From positions 104,844,001 to 104,908,000 of the forward strand of contig NC_045696.1 in assembly GCF_009834535.1 (NCBI RefSeq): 64,000 nucleotides of DNA, written 5' to 3'. The notes beneath the pieces were generated by a model. That model saw nothing but the letters and a program-made list of their open reading frames with translations, searched no databases and had not been told where the DNA came from. Each line of letters begins with the position of its first letter. The stretch's first letter is position 1. This document shows positions 26,560 through 39,534 of this stretch, in pieces. The stretch is from Camelus ferus. Taxonomy: Eukaryota. Both the position numbers and the translations under genes were made by a program.

Positions 26560-27066
26560 CAGAGAGCCCAGAGAGCCGATGAAGTTCAGGGGTTCACTCC
26601 TAGAGGTCATGGGTACAATATCAGAGGTACATAAAATTTGGATAGGAAACACTTACACCTTTATCTTCACAAATCTTACAGTAATTCAGGATTTCCTTCA
26701 TTATGCATGTAGGCAGCAGACACAGCAGTCCTGGCTGTGGACCAGTAGAAATCACAGGTGCTTTCATGACACATCACAGTTATCACAGATGTCTCAGAAT
26801 ATCATCTACATCCATCACTACCTCAGAGCTAGGGTAGTGATTATACTCACAACTAGGTTTTGTCACTTAATGTTAATAACTAAGCATTTAAGTAACACTA
26901 TCAAAATTTATCAATCTTTTGATAGCTATTTCAATATACCTAGTTCTATTTATAATCCAATGTATTTTATTTTACTAATTAAAAATAAGATTCTAAAAAA
27001 AAAAAAAAATGTTTCACCAGACTGCTACAGAGTTCTGCAAGACAAAAACTCGTTTAAGAATCCTGG
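26560..27066. mobile_element. probable hAT-Charlie DNA transposon remnant
   Basis: AT-rich body ending 'caaaaactcgtttaagaatcctg', a Charlie-like terminus. Confidence 0.5.
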
Positions 27067-27077
27067 TTGGTTGTTTG

Positions 27078-27345
27078 TATTAGAGAAATGCAAATCAAAA
27101 CCACAATGAGGTATTACCTCACATCAGTCAGAATGACTGTCATTAAAAAGTCTACAAATAGCAAAGGCTGGAGAGGGTGTGGAGAAAAGAGAACCCTCCT
27201 GCACTGTCAGTGGGAATGTAAATTGGTGCAGCCACTATGGAGAACACTATGGAGAACACTATGGAGGTTCCTTAGAAAACTAAAAGTAGAGCTACCACGT
27301 AGTCCAGCAGTCCCACCCCTGGGCTTGTATCTGGAAAAGATACAC
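27078..27345 (+). mobile_element. L1 ORF2 C-terminal (Cys-rich) fragment
   Basis: translates as REMQIKTTMRYYLTSVRMTVIKKSTNSKGWRGCGEKRTLLHCQWECKLVQPLW, unmistakably L1 ORF2p; extra 12-bp CACTATGGAGAA duplication at 27233-27266. Confidence 0.95.
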
Positions 27346-27879
27346 AGGTAAGGCTACAGAAAGAACTGGTGCACAAGGCAAATCCAACATGCAGGTACCA
27401 AGGTGCGAAGGTCAAGTCAAGGGACCAGACTGACCATTCCCATATCTCCCAAGTTCTCCACTCAATTCTACTGCTAAACCCAGCTGTGAGCTGTGGACAC
27501 CACCTGGGAGCTGGAGCTGCTCTTTCCATTAAACCAGGAGCCTTCTTTGTCACAGGGAGCATGGAGAGAACCCATGTCTCCAGGCTTGGCCCTGCACATG
27601 CCTGACAGAGCATGCCTGACAAGTGTGAACTCTGATTTTGCTGAAAGTTGTTTTCCTACATGATTCAGGCTAATGATGAGACTCAACTCATGTACGTCTC
27701 AACCAGACTCCATGTAGTTATTCCTTTGAACCATCAGTTGACCATTAGTATGAGTCTTAACTCTGACTAGAATTTAAAGTCTCTGTATCATCACAGTGTA
27801 ACTTCCATTGCCTTTACCCTTCCTTTGTTTTCTATTTAAATTGGAAAATAAAGATAGTTAAATACTGAACAACAACAAC

Positions 27880-28501
27880 ATGTTCACAGAAGCACTATTT
27901 ACAATAGCTAAGACAAGGGAAGCAACCCAAGTGCCCATCAACAGATGACTGATTTAAGAAAATGTGGTACATACATACAATGGAATACTACTCAGCCATA
28001 ATAAAGAAGAAAATAATGCCATTTACAGCAACATCAATGGACCTAGAGATTGTCATACTTGAAGTAAGTCAGACAGAGAAAGACATATATCATATGATAT
28101 TACTTATATATGTAGTCTAAAAATAATATAAATGAATCAACATACAAAACAGAAACAGACTCACAGACGTAGAAAACAAACTTAGGGTTGCCAAAGGGAA
28201 AAGGGAGAAGGGGAGAGAGATAAAGGATTAACAGATTAGGGATATAGGATTAACAGATACAAACTACTATACATAGAACAGATAAGCATCAAAGATTTAC
28301 TATATAGCACAAAGAACTATATTAAATATCTTATAATAACCTATAATGGAAAATAATCTGAAAAAATTGTGTGTATGTATATGTGTGTGTATGTATATAT
28401 ATAAATATATATATATATAAAACTGAATCAATTTGCTGTATACTTGAAACTAACATAACATTGTAAATCAGCTAAACTTCAAATTAAAACAACAACAACA
28501 A
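27880..28501 (+). mobile_element. L1 ORF2 end, 3'UTR and A-rich tail
   Basis: 'atgttcacagaagcactatttacaatagc...ttgctgtatacttgaaactaacataacattgtaaatcagcta...aaattaaaacaacaac'. Confidence 0.95.
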
Positions 28502-29279
28502 ACAAAACCTTGTTATAGACAAGGACATAGGCCCAGAGAGAAGAAGTGATCCACCCAAGGTCACACAGTGGAGTTGGGACCAGATCCCATCTTCCAACCC
28601 CACCAGCATAGGATGAGTATACTAAAAGGGGGACACGGGGCCATGGGTAGTGAGCACACAGCTGACTCGAGACAGCTGTGGGAGGGAGGGTGAGGCTGAG
28701 TGAAGGCAGAGCCAGGGAAAGTGAAAGGCCAGCCTGCACAGTCCACAGCCCTGCCTGCTGAGCTAGGGAGGCCCTCAAAGCAGCAATTACAAGTATTTAT
28801 TATGTGTTTTCCTGAAGTCTGCTCACATGGAACCAAGTGATAGATTAAATGATCCTTCAGTGGCCACATGAGAGGGTGGTGAGGCTTGATTTGTCTCTGC
28901 AGTTAAAACCCATATCACGTACATGTGATCTTTATAACTGTATCTGAGCAGCTAGGAACAGAATATGATCCCTCAGTATAACATCTCACAAGGGTGGGCG
29001 TGCTTGTCTGTAAACCGGGAAGCCCTTCATGTGGAGAACAGTCCTTTTCCCTGCTACCAAAGATTTGCTGAGGTCAGTAATTTGGAGTCAGAAAGAAGAT
29101 GCTTCTCAATGCAGGGTGTTCTCATGTTTGAGGAGGACTAAGGCACTGCACCCAGAATTTTGTGACCTGAGCTTGGGAGTCCCGGCATACACCCACCGTT
29201 CTCCTGGCCTTCCCTGAATACTTGACTCATCTCACTCATGCTGAGCCCACACTTAGAATTCCTTTTCTACATTTCATCA

Positions 29280-29442
29280 CTACCATTATTAATAATAATA
29301 ATTATTATTATCAATTTATTAATTTATGTTATCATATAATTATATAGTATATATAATTATAATAATGTTATAATATTGATGATATTATAATATTGGTTTT
29401 TATTATTATTATTATTGTTATTGTTATTATTATTATTATTAT
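29280..29442. repeat. AT-rich low-complexity (TTA/TAA)n tract
   Basis: near-pure A/T run with (TTA)n. Confidence 0.95.
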
Positions 29443-30180
29443 GTAGCAATTGCTACAGCTTGGAGACTGTTAGAAGGCAGGAATTCTTAGTCTGTAAAGG
29501 AGGCTGCTGCATAAACAATTATTTTAAATACTGTGTGATCAACATTGGGAGCAGTGAGCACAGGCTTCTGGGCACTTAGCTGAGTCTCAAAAAAGCAACC
29601 TAGGTGCCAAAGGAGTTCTAGGCAGAAAGAACAGCACATGCAAAGGCACTGTGGCATAAAACAGCATGGTGCATTCTGGCCTCAGCAGGACTTTCCATCT
29701 GCCTGGTGTAGAAAGCAACCCAGTAGGCTGCAACAGTCTGGATGGAGTTTCTTGGAAAGGCAGATTTTACTTTAGTCTTCCAGCCTGGCAGGAGTTCTGA
29801 TAAGACAGGAAAGGTGTGGAGAGGGTTCCAGCCTGGAAGAGTTGTGCAGGGGTCTTCCCACCTCCAGCTTTAGGATAACACCTGCCCCAGATCTAGAGAG
29901 AAGCTGGACTGGTGGGGTGAGTGTCAGCCAGCTTCCTGTGTGCTGTCCACGGGCATAGAACCCTGCAGGATAAGCTAGAGAAATCCACTACCTATGATGT
30001 CAGGAGCGTCACAAAGGGAGTGTGCAAACTGTGTATCTGCAGTGAGTTTCTCAGTCTCACATGGTTACAGAACGTGGGAGGTTGAATGGATTTGTGGACC
30101 TGCATTAGCAACTGACTGATACTCCAGATAAAGGAAACTGTCCATTCACATGCATTGAATCTGCCTGCCTTTTAATTTCT

Positions 30181-30247
30181 CTCATATATATATATATATA
30201 TTTTTTTTTAATTGAGGTATAGTCAGTTGTGTCAATTTCTGGTGTAC
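30181..30247 (-). mobile_element. very short L1 3' tail with (TA)n
   Basis: 'ttttttttaattgaggtatagtcagttgtgtcaatttctggtgtac'. Confidence 0.75.
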
Positions 30248-30708
30248 CTATTGCACTGGTTACAAAATAGAATTTGATCCAGAAAAGCTCACTCTGAGAA
30301 AATGATTAACATTATTATGTCCATGTGAATTGAGAAGGCTGGAGTCTTGGGGAAAAGCCAAGGGGAATCTTCCTTCTTGGCCCCCAGGCTGCGTAAGTGG
30401 TGTCTCCTTCTACTCCCCTCTGCTCAGGGCTTCCCTCTGCCAGAGTACTGGTCCAGTGTCCAGTCCTGGTTTGTCTACTCCTCTGTAAATTCACTGAGAG
30501 CAGTAAATTCACCCCTTCCAGGTTCCCCTGGCACAGAGATGCTCAGAAAATGCTGAATGAGTGACAGGAATAGCACACCCATGAAACTCAGATCCAGAAT
30601 TCAGTATGTCCATCTGTGAAGCCCAGATGTTTCCCTGCATTGTCTACCACTACGGTTAACCAGTTACCACATTGACCACAAGCCTAGTAACCCCCAGTCC
30701 CACGTTAG

Positions 30709-30725
30709 GACGCCCCCTGCTGATG
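30709..30725 (-). promoter_or_regulatory. CTCF-like motif
   Basis: reverse complement CATCAGCAGGGGGCGTC vs core CCASYAGRKGGCR. Confidence 0.5.
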
Positions 30726-31209
30726 GGCCCAGACTCTAAGAGGTTGCTCTAACAGCCAGATGTGGAGCCCTTCCTCTGGCCTGGAGTCCATGGGCTCCTA
30801 TCACATCAGTCATCCCATCTGGCCCTCCCATTGCAAGGCTCAGGTCACTCAGACAGCCAGCAGGTGGCAGAGCTGGGATCCCTGGGATCCGGGGCTTCTG
30901 CGCATCTGGGAAAGCCGAGGCTGCCCTTGCCCTGGCTGAGATCACATCTAAGAGGACTTTGAGGATGGTATCAAGGCTGTTTCTTGTCAATTTCTCAAGT
31001 TGGCAGTGGGGCAGCCTTGGTTATAGATGTAAAAAGCATTCCTCCCGTGACCCCCTCCCTTCCCAGTAATATCACACCTGACCCTCACTGCCAACTTTAT
31101 TCTTCTTATCTAGAGGACTAGCCTTTCCGCTTTCACAACAGTACATATATTACTCCCTTGAAGCCGAGCTATCTACAGAAATAAGGAATAATCATAGAAG
31201 AAAGAAGGA

Positions 31210-31450
31210 TAACCACCCTTTATTGAACTCCTCCTGTATGTCAAGAACATGGCTGAGTTACTTATAAATATGTTATTTAGTTCTCCTAACAGTTATGAAA
31301 GGAGTCTCATTATGGTCATTTTACGGATGAGGAAACCGAGGCTTAGCAAGATGAAGCAGTTTGTCAAAAGCCGCAGAGCTGGTCAGTGGCAGGGCTCAGG
31401 CACGATGCCTGTTCCTCCCGAAATCTGCCCGTGGCGCTGTTATTCTTAAC
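31210..31450 (-). mobile_element. MIR SINE
   Basis: 'cattttacggatgaggaaaccgaggcttagcaagatgaagcagtttgtcaaa'. Confidence 0.85.
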
Positions 31451-32119
31451 CCCATCGCTGAGTAAAACCACTCCGATCCTGAATGAGCTCTTGCTACATG
31501 ACTAAGAGCCCCTCATTTTTGTTGTTTAAAATGGGTACTCTCTTTGGACATTTTGTTTTCTTAGTAAACCAAATGCTTCTGTTGCAGTTTGGGAAATCAG
31601 AGATTTGAGCATTCATGGAAGCAGCGCGGGGTGGGAAGACACGGGACCAAGGAACAGGCCCACTCAGCTGCCTCCAAGTGAGTATCTTAAAAGGGCCAGT
31701 TTCTTCACTGCCCAGACCCCAGTCTCACCTGAGAAATGAGGGTAATCATATCCATCCCACCATGCTCAGAGGAGGCCACTGGCAGGACTGGACACAACAC
31801 GATGGTGAGTGTGCAAGGGCTGGACACATGGGCCTGAGGAGGCCAGGGTGGGGTCTTGTGGTCCCCTGGGGCCCTCGTGTCACCCTCACTAGTCTCCCTG
31901 CTCATGATCATACCTATCTCTAGCAAGAGTGTGCCTGTGTCCTAGTTCCTGGCACATGACCTTGAGCCATCCATTCAGCACTGAACACATATTTTGGGAG
32001 CCCCTATTGTGTCCTGAGCATGGCTCCAGGCCCTGGGGAGACGGCAATGCACCAGTACTGAAGCCCTGCCCACATGAGCTGCCAGCCTCCCAGGGATAAG
32101 AGCCCAGGCTCCCAAGGCA

Positions 32120-32300
32120 TCCACTGTGGCAGGTACCTGGCACATCTTTGGCCACTTAATACTCACCCACAAAACTCTGAGGGAGGAGCCAATATTACAG
32201 CTAAGGAAACCGAGACATGGAAGGTTAGGTAATTTGTGCGAGCAGGAAGCAGCAGAGCTGGGTTTGAACTTGACAGCCTGGCGCCAGAGCTCACACACCA
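32120..32300 (-). mobile_element. MIR SINE
   Basis: 'ttacagctaaggaaaccgagacatggaaggttaggtaatttg...gcagagctgggtttgaac'. Confidence 0.8.
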
Positions 32301-32577
32301 CCATCACTCTCTGCTGCCACGTGTCTCTACCTACTTTCCCTCTGATACCAAACCCTTTCCCCTCTCCTCCACAGCTTCTCCAGTTCTCCTTTCTGGTAGC
32401 CCCCTTCCCCTGGCCCAGGCCCTTGTCTGTTCTTCTGGAAGCACAGCAGCCTCCCTCTGGCCTTCTTGCCTCTTCCAGCCTCTGTCCAGCTCCCACTTAG
32501 CCTCTCTCACCTCTATGCCATCCTGCCTCCAACCCCAGCTGAGTCCCAAATGGTCCAGGTGTATAATACTGGCTATG

Positions 32578-33024
32578 AGAAACTAATTCGAAAAGATATG
32601 CGCACCCCAATGTTCACAGTAGCCCTATTTACAATAGCCAAGACATGGAAACAACCTAAATGTCCATCAACAGATGACTAAATAAAGTTGTGGTATATTT
32701 ATACAATGAAATACTACTCAGCCATAAAAAAGAAACATAGAGAGAACTGGAGACTGTCATACTAAGTGAAATAAGCCAGACAGAAAACAAACACCATATG
32801 ATATCATTTATATATGTGATCTTAAAAAAATTATGTAAATGAACTTATTTACAAAACAGAAACAGACTCACAGACATAGAAAACAAACTTATGGTTACCA
32901 AGGGGGAAGAGGGGTGGAGGGATAAATTGAGAGTTCAGGATTTGCAAATATTAACTACTGTACATAAAATAGATAAACAGCAAGGTCCTACTGTATAGCA
33001 CAGGGGATATATTCAATACCTTGT
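32578..33024 (+). mobile_element. L1 ORF2 end and 3'UTR, lacking its tail
   Basis: translates KLIRKDMRTPMFTVALFTIAKTWKQPKCPSTDD (L1 ORF2 C-terminus); 3'UTR stops at 'tattcaataccttgt'. Confidence 0.95.
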
Positions 33025-34404
33025 TTGCCCCCACAGTTTGTTCTAACATCCATTTCTGCATTTCACAAAAACTGTCCTCCAGGCCAGTGAGTCTAAATTT
33101 TTAGGGGGAGTCACTGGCCTTTTTGAGAAGCTAATGAAAGTTATAAACTATCCCTCCTCAGGAAAATGAACACGTGCAGACTCTTCCCAAAGTCAGCACA
33201 TGCCTTCTGAATTGTCATGATGTCAGCATGAAGACCCCAGCGATGGACACACAAATCTTATTTTGGTCCTCAGTTCCTTAAACATCTGTCTTTCCATCTG
33301 TCAGCATTTTCTCCCACCCTAGATGCTCCCTCCATTCCTCTTTCCATCTAATGAAATCCTTGTGGCCCATCAAAACCCAGCTCCAATGTTACGAGTCCAG
33401 ACAAGAGCTCTCCCTTGATGCTTGCACCCCCAGCTCCCCTCATGGGATCTCAGCACTCCTTGCCTGGAATTGGGGACCACACTTCATTTCCACCTACCCC
33501 AAGGACCCCTCGAGGTCAAGGATACTGGCTCTGTCATCTCACAATTCTTCACCTCGCCTAGTACAGGGCTCTGTAGATGACAGGCAGTGTCCAGTCCCTA
33601 AAAAACTGAAAAATGGAAGCAGCCATCCTTATTTCCAAATAGAAGATTCTAAGATGCTAATGAAATTGTCATTTCATCATCTGTGTCCCAATAATAAGGC
33701 CCCTCCAAGGGTAGACTTCTGGAAAATTTCACCAGACATAAGCCTAGGAAAATTATCTCTTGTCTCTGCTGTCTGTTAAAAATATAAACGTTTCATATCC
33801 ATTCCTCACTGTCATTCTTGAATTCCTACTTGAATCTCTATTTCTTTACTAATAGTAACCTAGTTTACAGGAATCTATGACTTCGAAATAAGGTCAGATC
33901 CTGGTAATTAGCTGTGATCCATATTTTGTACATGATAATTAGCTTATAGCTGAAGTGGAAATTGGGCCTTACATTTTTGGGGAGGTGGATATTTTAAGAA
34001 AGCAAGGTATTCTTCATGTGCTCTGATCTTCCCTGCTTTGTAAAAGGTTGTTAAAGTGAGAACCATAACCTGGGAGGAAAATGAATACACTGGCTCTCAA
34101 GATGCAATTAAAATGGAATGCAAATATGACTAATGAGACAATTAACTTTCCTAGAAATATTATGCAGGAAAAGCAATTCCTGGGATGTAATGTTTCCACG
34201 CTAAAGAATTCAGTTTGATGGCATCAGTGACCAAAGGGATCGGGGAAGACACTGCTACTGTAAGGGAGGGCATGAAAAGCTCCCATTTCTTTCCAGCTTG
34301 ATCTGCCAGGTAGGAAACATCTGCTATTGCAAATGCTCCCATGTGGCTCCTGCCTGTGTGCTGCCGCGAGCAATTCTTTCCCAACATGCCACCGCTAGAA
34401 TGGC

Positions 34405-34590
34405 CTTAACTCAGGAGTCCAGAGCACTTGGTTCAAATCTCAGCACCACCAGTTACAGCTAAGTGGCCTTGGATGGTCCATGTCATTGCTCTGGGCCTCG
34501 ATGTCTTCCTCCGCGAAATGGAGTTGGTGACTCCTGTCTCATGAATTGTGGGGCATTCCATGAACTTTGCATGTAAAGTGCTCAGTGTGG
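34405..34590 (+). mobile_element. MIR SINE
   Basis: 'ggagtccagagcacttggttcaaatctcagcaccacc...ctctgggcctcgatgtcttcctccgcgaaatgg...gcatgtaaagtgctcag'. Confidence 0.8.
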
Positions 34591-36809
34591 AGATGAGCAG
34601 GCCAGTGTGTCCTGGGGAAATTGCTCTGGAACCTGCAGAGTTGGGAGGGCATAGAAATCCACTGTTCCAAGAAGCAGCTCTGGCATGAGGCAAGGATTCT
34701 AGCAAGAAGGATTCAAGAGTCAGCATCCACCCTGCCCTTCAAGTTCAAGCCAAGTAACTTTGGGCATTGGTGTCATGCTCTCAACATCTGTAAAATAGCA
34801 GCATTTCCCTAAGTCATTTCCAAGGTGCTGATCTAGCAACGCAGCACTGTTCAATGCTACAAAATAGTTCACATTTTTTCACCAAATACTCTGTTACTAA
34901 GTAGCCTGAATTTCTCCAAATATGATCTATTTTCCACTTGCTTGGGTTTAGGTCCATAGCTTAGTTAATTACACTGAAGTTAAACAGTCCAATTTGTAGT
35001 CCTTAAGGGCCTTCAACTTCTGCAAACTTCCCCCTCCCCTCTTTCTCTGCACCCTCCCCTTCCAACCCCATTTCATGGGTCAAGCTGAGGATACAGAGCA
35101 CAGTCCTGTCCTCACAAAGACTGGAGTCCAGTGTTGGTGGTGGGTCAGAGACAAAGCCAACCCTTTGAGGCATGGTCTGCAGCAGAGAGTGAACTGGGGG
35201 CCCTGCAGGCAGAGGGGGGGTTGGCAGGATTAGGAAAGGCTTCCTGGAGGAGGTGATACCCCAGCTGAGCCTTGGCCACTCAACCAGACATTTATTTATT
35301 GAGCACCTACTGTGTACAAACACTGTGCTCGATGTTGAGGCACATCAAGCCCTGAATGTTACCATGTCACTTCCAATCTCAAGAATCCACAGTGGCTTGC
35401 TCGCTCTAGTCACCCATTGTTGTGCTCATTCAGTACATTTCTGCCTCACTGATATGACTTCCCCAATGTGGCCTGTCTCTCCTCTTCCGCTGGCGAGCAA
35501 GCATCTTTCTTCCCAGAATACTCCTCCATTCTAGATGCCCTCCCCCCATCCAAATTCAGCCCAAAGCCATCAGCGCTCCCCAGGTCAGCCTCTTTCCTGG
35601 CCTTCCTTCTATATCGATGGCAGGTACCACCGTGCACATCTTCTCCTGATGAGACAGGCATGAGGGGCACCCCAGAGATTTCACTGCCACTCATACTCCT
35701 CAGCCTCCTTTGAGGCGGGGAAACATTTCCTTCTTCTTTTACTTTACTGTACCAACGACAACTCCAGATGCCAAGCAGACAGGAGGACTGATAAACGAGG
35801 TGCTGAAAATGAGATGTTTCCTCTCACTTGTTACCACCTTTCTAAGATAAGCACCAAACCAGAGTGTGCTGTGTTTTCTTGCTCAAGGAGTCGGAAGGGG
35901 AAAAGGCATCATTCACTGAGGATCTAGTCTGTTCTGGATGCTGTAGTTTTACCCATCTTTTAATCTCCACCATCACCCTGAAAGGAAGCATTTTTATTTC
36001 CTCATTGCATGTACAGAAACCAAGGCTTAAGGAGATAGGTTAACCTGCTTGGTCTCACCACTAGGAAGAGGCAAAACTGGGATTTAAACACAGCTAGGTG
36101 ATTCTGAAATCTAAGCTCGTCTTCCTCTGCCAAGCTCTTTCTCAAGAACACATGCCCTTTTCTACTTCCAAAGACTCGCTAAATGCTGCAATCTGGAAAG
36201 ATAAACAGAGCAGTGTTTGCCGTATGGTGGTGGCTCGAAATCAGGTGAAAATCCAGGACCTCCTCAAGGGAGAGCTGGACCCCTCCGAGCCCGGGTTTAA
36301 ACAAACAAGATAAGCAGAATAAGAAAATGGTTTCTGGACACTGCCATCCATCTCTGGGAAGCCTTCGATAGGAGGCAGCTAGTGATGAAGTGGAATGAAA
36401 TTCGGAGGGAAAAAAAGATGAAAATGGAGGTTTACACATCACTGAGCTGCCTTCCAATCTAGAGGGAAAATCCAACATTAATAAAACAGAAAACCTTCAA
36501 CAAAATCAAAGCCAATTTTTCTGTCAAGTTCAGAAACAACAGTGCATAAAGCTGCAGGCGTTTCCCAGGTGTGTTCCAGAAATAGCCATGCTTCTGAGTT
36601 GGGTGGAAATCAAATCTGGGGTAAGCTGGTCCCTGCTACCCAGGCAGGGAGAGCTGCCTCTGTGGCTGCAGGATGGAATAGGACATCAGCTTTAAGTTTT
36701 CCTCCTAAACGCCCTTCCCAGGGCCATCCTTGATAGGGAGTGAGCCGTAGTCAACAAAGGCTTAATTACATAGGGAAGCGCTTGGTGAATCAGCCTCTCC
36801 TAATAGAAG

Positions 36810-36857
<48 letters not shown>
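36810..36857. repeat. (CA)n microsatellite, ~23 units
   Basis: perfect AC run. Confidence 0.98.
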
Positions 36858-36859
<2 letters not shown>

Positions 36860-37010
36860 GTGCAGGGGCCCCCAGCCAGACCCACTTTTGTTCTATTAGT
36901 CAAATGGGGATGCTTTTGTCTCCTCATCTGGTACCAGAGACAGCGGGCAGGTAGGTGTCAGTGGTGTGAGAAGTGGTTACAAAGAAAATTTATGTGTCAG
37001 ACAGATCTAG

Positions 37011-37142
37011 TTTAGGGGGAGGGGGAGGTAGTTAGGCTTATTTATTTATTTTTAATTTTTTTTTAATGGAGGTACTGGGGATTGAACCCAGGACCTCGTG
37101 CATGCCAAGCATGTGCTCTACCACTGAGCTATACCCTCCCCC
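37011..37142 (-). mobile_element. camelid tRNA-derived SINE (Vic-1-like) inserted in a MIR
   Basis: reverse complement GGGGGAGGGTATAGCTCAGTGGTAGAGCACATGCTTGGCATGCACGAGGTCCTGGGTTCAATCCCCAGTACCTCC with intact A and B boxes. Confidence 0.92.
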
Positions 37143-37404
37143 TTGCTTTTGAAAGTCATTCCCACCACCAGTAAGTGTGTGGTCTTGAATTTGTGCATCT
37201 TATATTCCTTACCTGGCCCCTTGGGGTGCAATCTCATTGTCTCAGTGTCTTAGCACCCGTCAAGGAGGGAAGAGCATGCCTAGTTCTTGGCTTAAAGTAA
37301 GAACTACACAAAATGCCAGTATGTAAAGTTCTTGGTATAGGGAGGGTGCTTGATAAATGCCTAGCCTCCTAGCTCTGCTCACTCTCCCTAGATTTTGCCT
37401 GTTC

Positions 37405-37690
37405 CTTTTTGTTTTCTTTTTATTAGAGTTGATTTACAATGTTGTGTTAGTTTCTGGTGTACGGCATAGTGGTTCAGTTACACAAATACATATATATATT
37501 CTATTCATATTCTTTTCCATTATAGGTTATTACAAGATATTGAATACAGTTCCTTTTGCTGTACAGTAGGACCTTGTTGTTTATTTCTTTTATACACAGT
37601 AATGTGTTATCTGTTAATCCCAAACTCCCAATTTATCCCTCCACCCTAACTTTCCCCTTTGGTAACCATAAGTTTATTTGCTGTCTGTGA
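37405..37690 (-). mobile_element. 5'-truncated L1 3' end
   Basis: 'gagttgatttacaatgttgtgttagtttctggtgtac...ttcccctttggtaaccataagttt'. Confidence 0.92.
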
Positions 37691-39534
37691 TAGTCCATTC
37701 TTAAAGGCCCAGCTCACCCTCACCTCCTCCAGGAAGCCTGCCCTGACTATTCAGGTCCCCAAGGACCTCTCCTTTCCATGAGCTCTATGGTACTATTGGT
37801 CACCACCAGCCCCTCATGGCCACTCACCATCTTGCCCCGTGAGGGAGAAGGGTATGTGTGTACTGGGAATTCCCAGCCAGACTGAGTTGCCTGAGAACCA
37901 ACAGTGGTAACCCATCAGGATTGGGCCCAAGCCTCACTCTGAGTAAGCAGTTAGTAAAAATGTATCCACAGCTAAGGCATTCAATCATCCAAGAAGGGTT
38001 TTCAATGACAGAGAGGTTCCTCACATGCATTGAGCCCCGACCATGTGCCAGGCACTCGACAGTAACCATCTCGTTCCATCCTACAACAGCCCTTGGAGAC
38101 ATGTATTAACAAGTCCGTTTCACAGATGAAGAAACTGAGGCTCATGGAAGTAAGCTAGTTGTTTCCCCCAAGCCAAGAGGCTCAGAGGGGCGGGAATTGA
38201 GGAAGGAAGGGAAGGTGAGATGGGTTATGGCGAGTGATGAAGACGGACGCAGACACGAAGGGCTCTTCTCTATTGAGCCCCGTGGTGAGTGGCTCTGAGC
38301 TGGCCTCACACACATCCCTTCCCTGAGGGTTCCCCACCACATTGGAGGTGTCTGGTGCTCTTGGGATTTGCTGTACGCTTCTGTTTATCATGCCTGGTGA
38401 AAGCTAGTGAGAGAGTTACTGTGGCCCTGACCTCTGTCCTCACCCAGCTGACCAGTCAGTTTATCCTCAGATACAATCCAGTAACTCCAGAGAACTAGAA
38501 TTGGAACTAGATTGCTTTCCTCTAATAAAATTTACAGTGTATACAAATTCAATTACATCATTGTGGGTGCCAACAGCGGCTGAGAGGCCAGGGTCACTTA
38601 CACACATCCATCACCAGGGTGCAGAGAGTCAGGGGTGTGAAATTACCTCCCACCCAGAGCCCAGAGGCTGACGGAGGCACAGCGGGGGCACAGCGGGGCT
38701 GCTGACTAGGAGGGCTGGCTTCTTGGGCAGGGGGCTGCTTGTGCTCAGGGAACACCCTGCAGCAGGAGTGGCAGGGAGCCTACCCAGATGCACTGGGCAA
38801 CCTGCCTGCCAGCACCACCCATGGGAGGAGAGTGTGCTCACCCCTGGGGGCCCCTGGTTGGCTGTGTTTTCCTGATGGCAGCTGTGTCTGTCCCTACCAC
38901 ATGGCCCGGGGGAGGGAGAAACAATGTGGTGTGCCCAAATCCAAGGCATGCTATTTAATCGTCCCAAAATCCTCATTGTACAGAAGTGAGGCTGTCAGAG
39001 AAGGAAAGTGGGCTCAGAGAGGTTAGGTAACCTGTCCAAGGCCACACAGCCTGTAAATTGACAAGCTGTGCCTGGAACCCAGGTTTGTTGGGCTCTAAGC
39101 CCACACCAAGGGTTTTCCAAGCTGGAGGAAGAAAGAGCTTCATTTTAAAAGGGAAGCTCAGGGAGGCCAATGCTTCCCTTAGAGGGTATTTCCAAACCCA
39201 CTTCATGGTGGTGGGAGATACAGCTGGCTAGAAATAAGTATTTTAAACAAGTGCTTCCCTTCTCCCCTCCCTCCAGGGAGTCTTATGATCTGGCAAGTCT
39301 AGTAAACATAGACTTACAAGAGTAAACTTAGAATGGGGTTGGGAGCAGGTTTAGATCCTGTGATAGTTTGATACCAGAAATATTTGAAGAAAGTATTGGC
39401 CCTCTGCATGGGCCCAGCCAGCCAGGCCTGGAGAGGGATAAACAGACTTCAGTTCTCCATCCACTGAGGGTCATTTGACCTCAAGCAAATCATTTAAACC
39501 CTCTGAGCCTCAGTTTTCACTCAGGCAGTGGCTT

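Noticed and set aside
36174..36244. Possible 71-nt exon (ttccaaag|...AATCAG|gtgaaa)
   Set aside because: Weak donor, unrecognisable peptide, no partner exons.
37070..37142. tRNA gene (also at 18008-18086, 23254-23318, 55764-55828)
   Set aside because: tRNA-like head is followed by a SINE body, A-rich tail and in most copies a TSD, so these are SINEs rather than tRNA genes.
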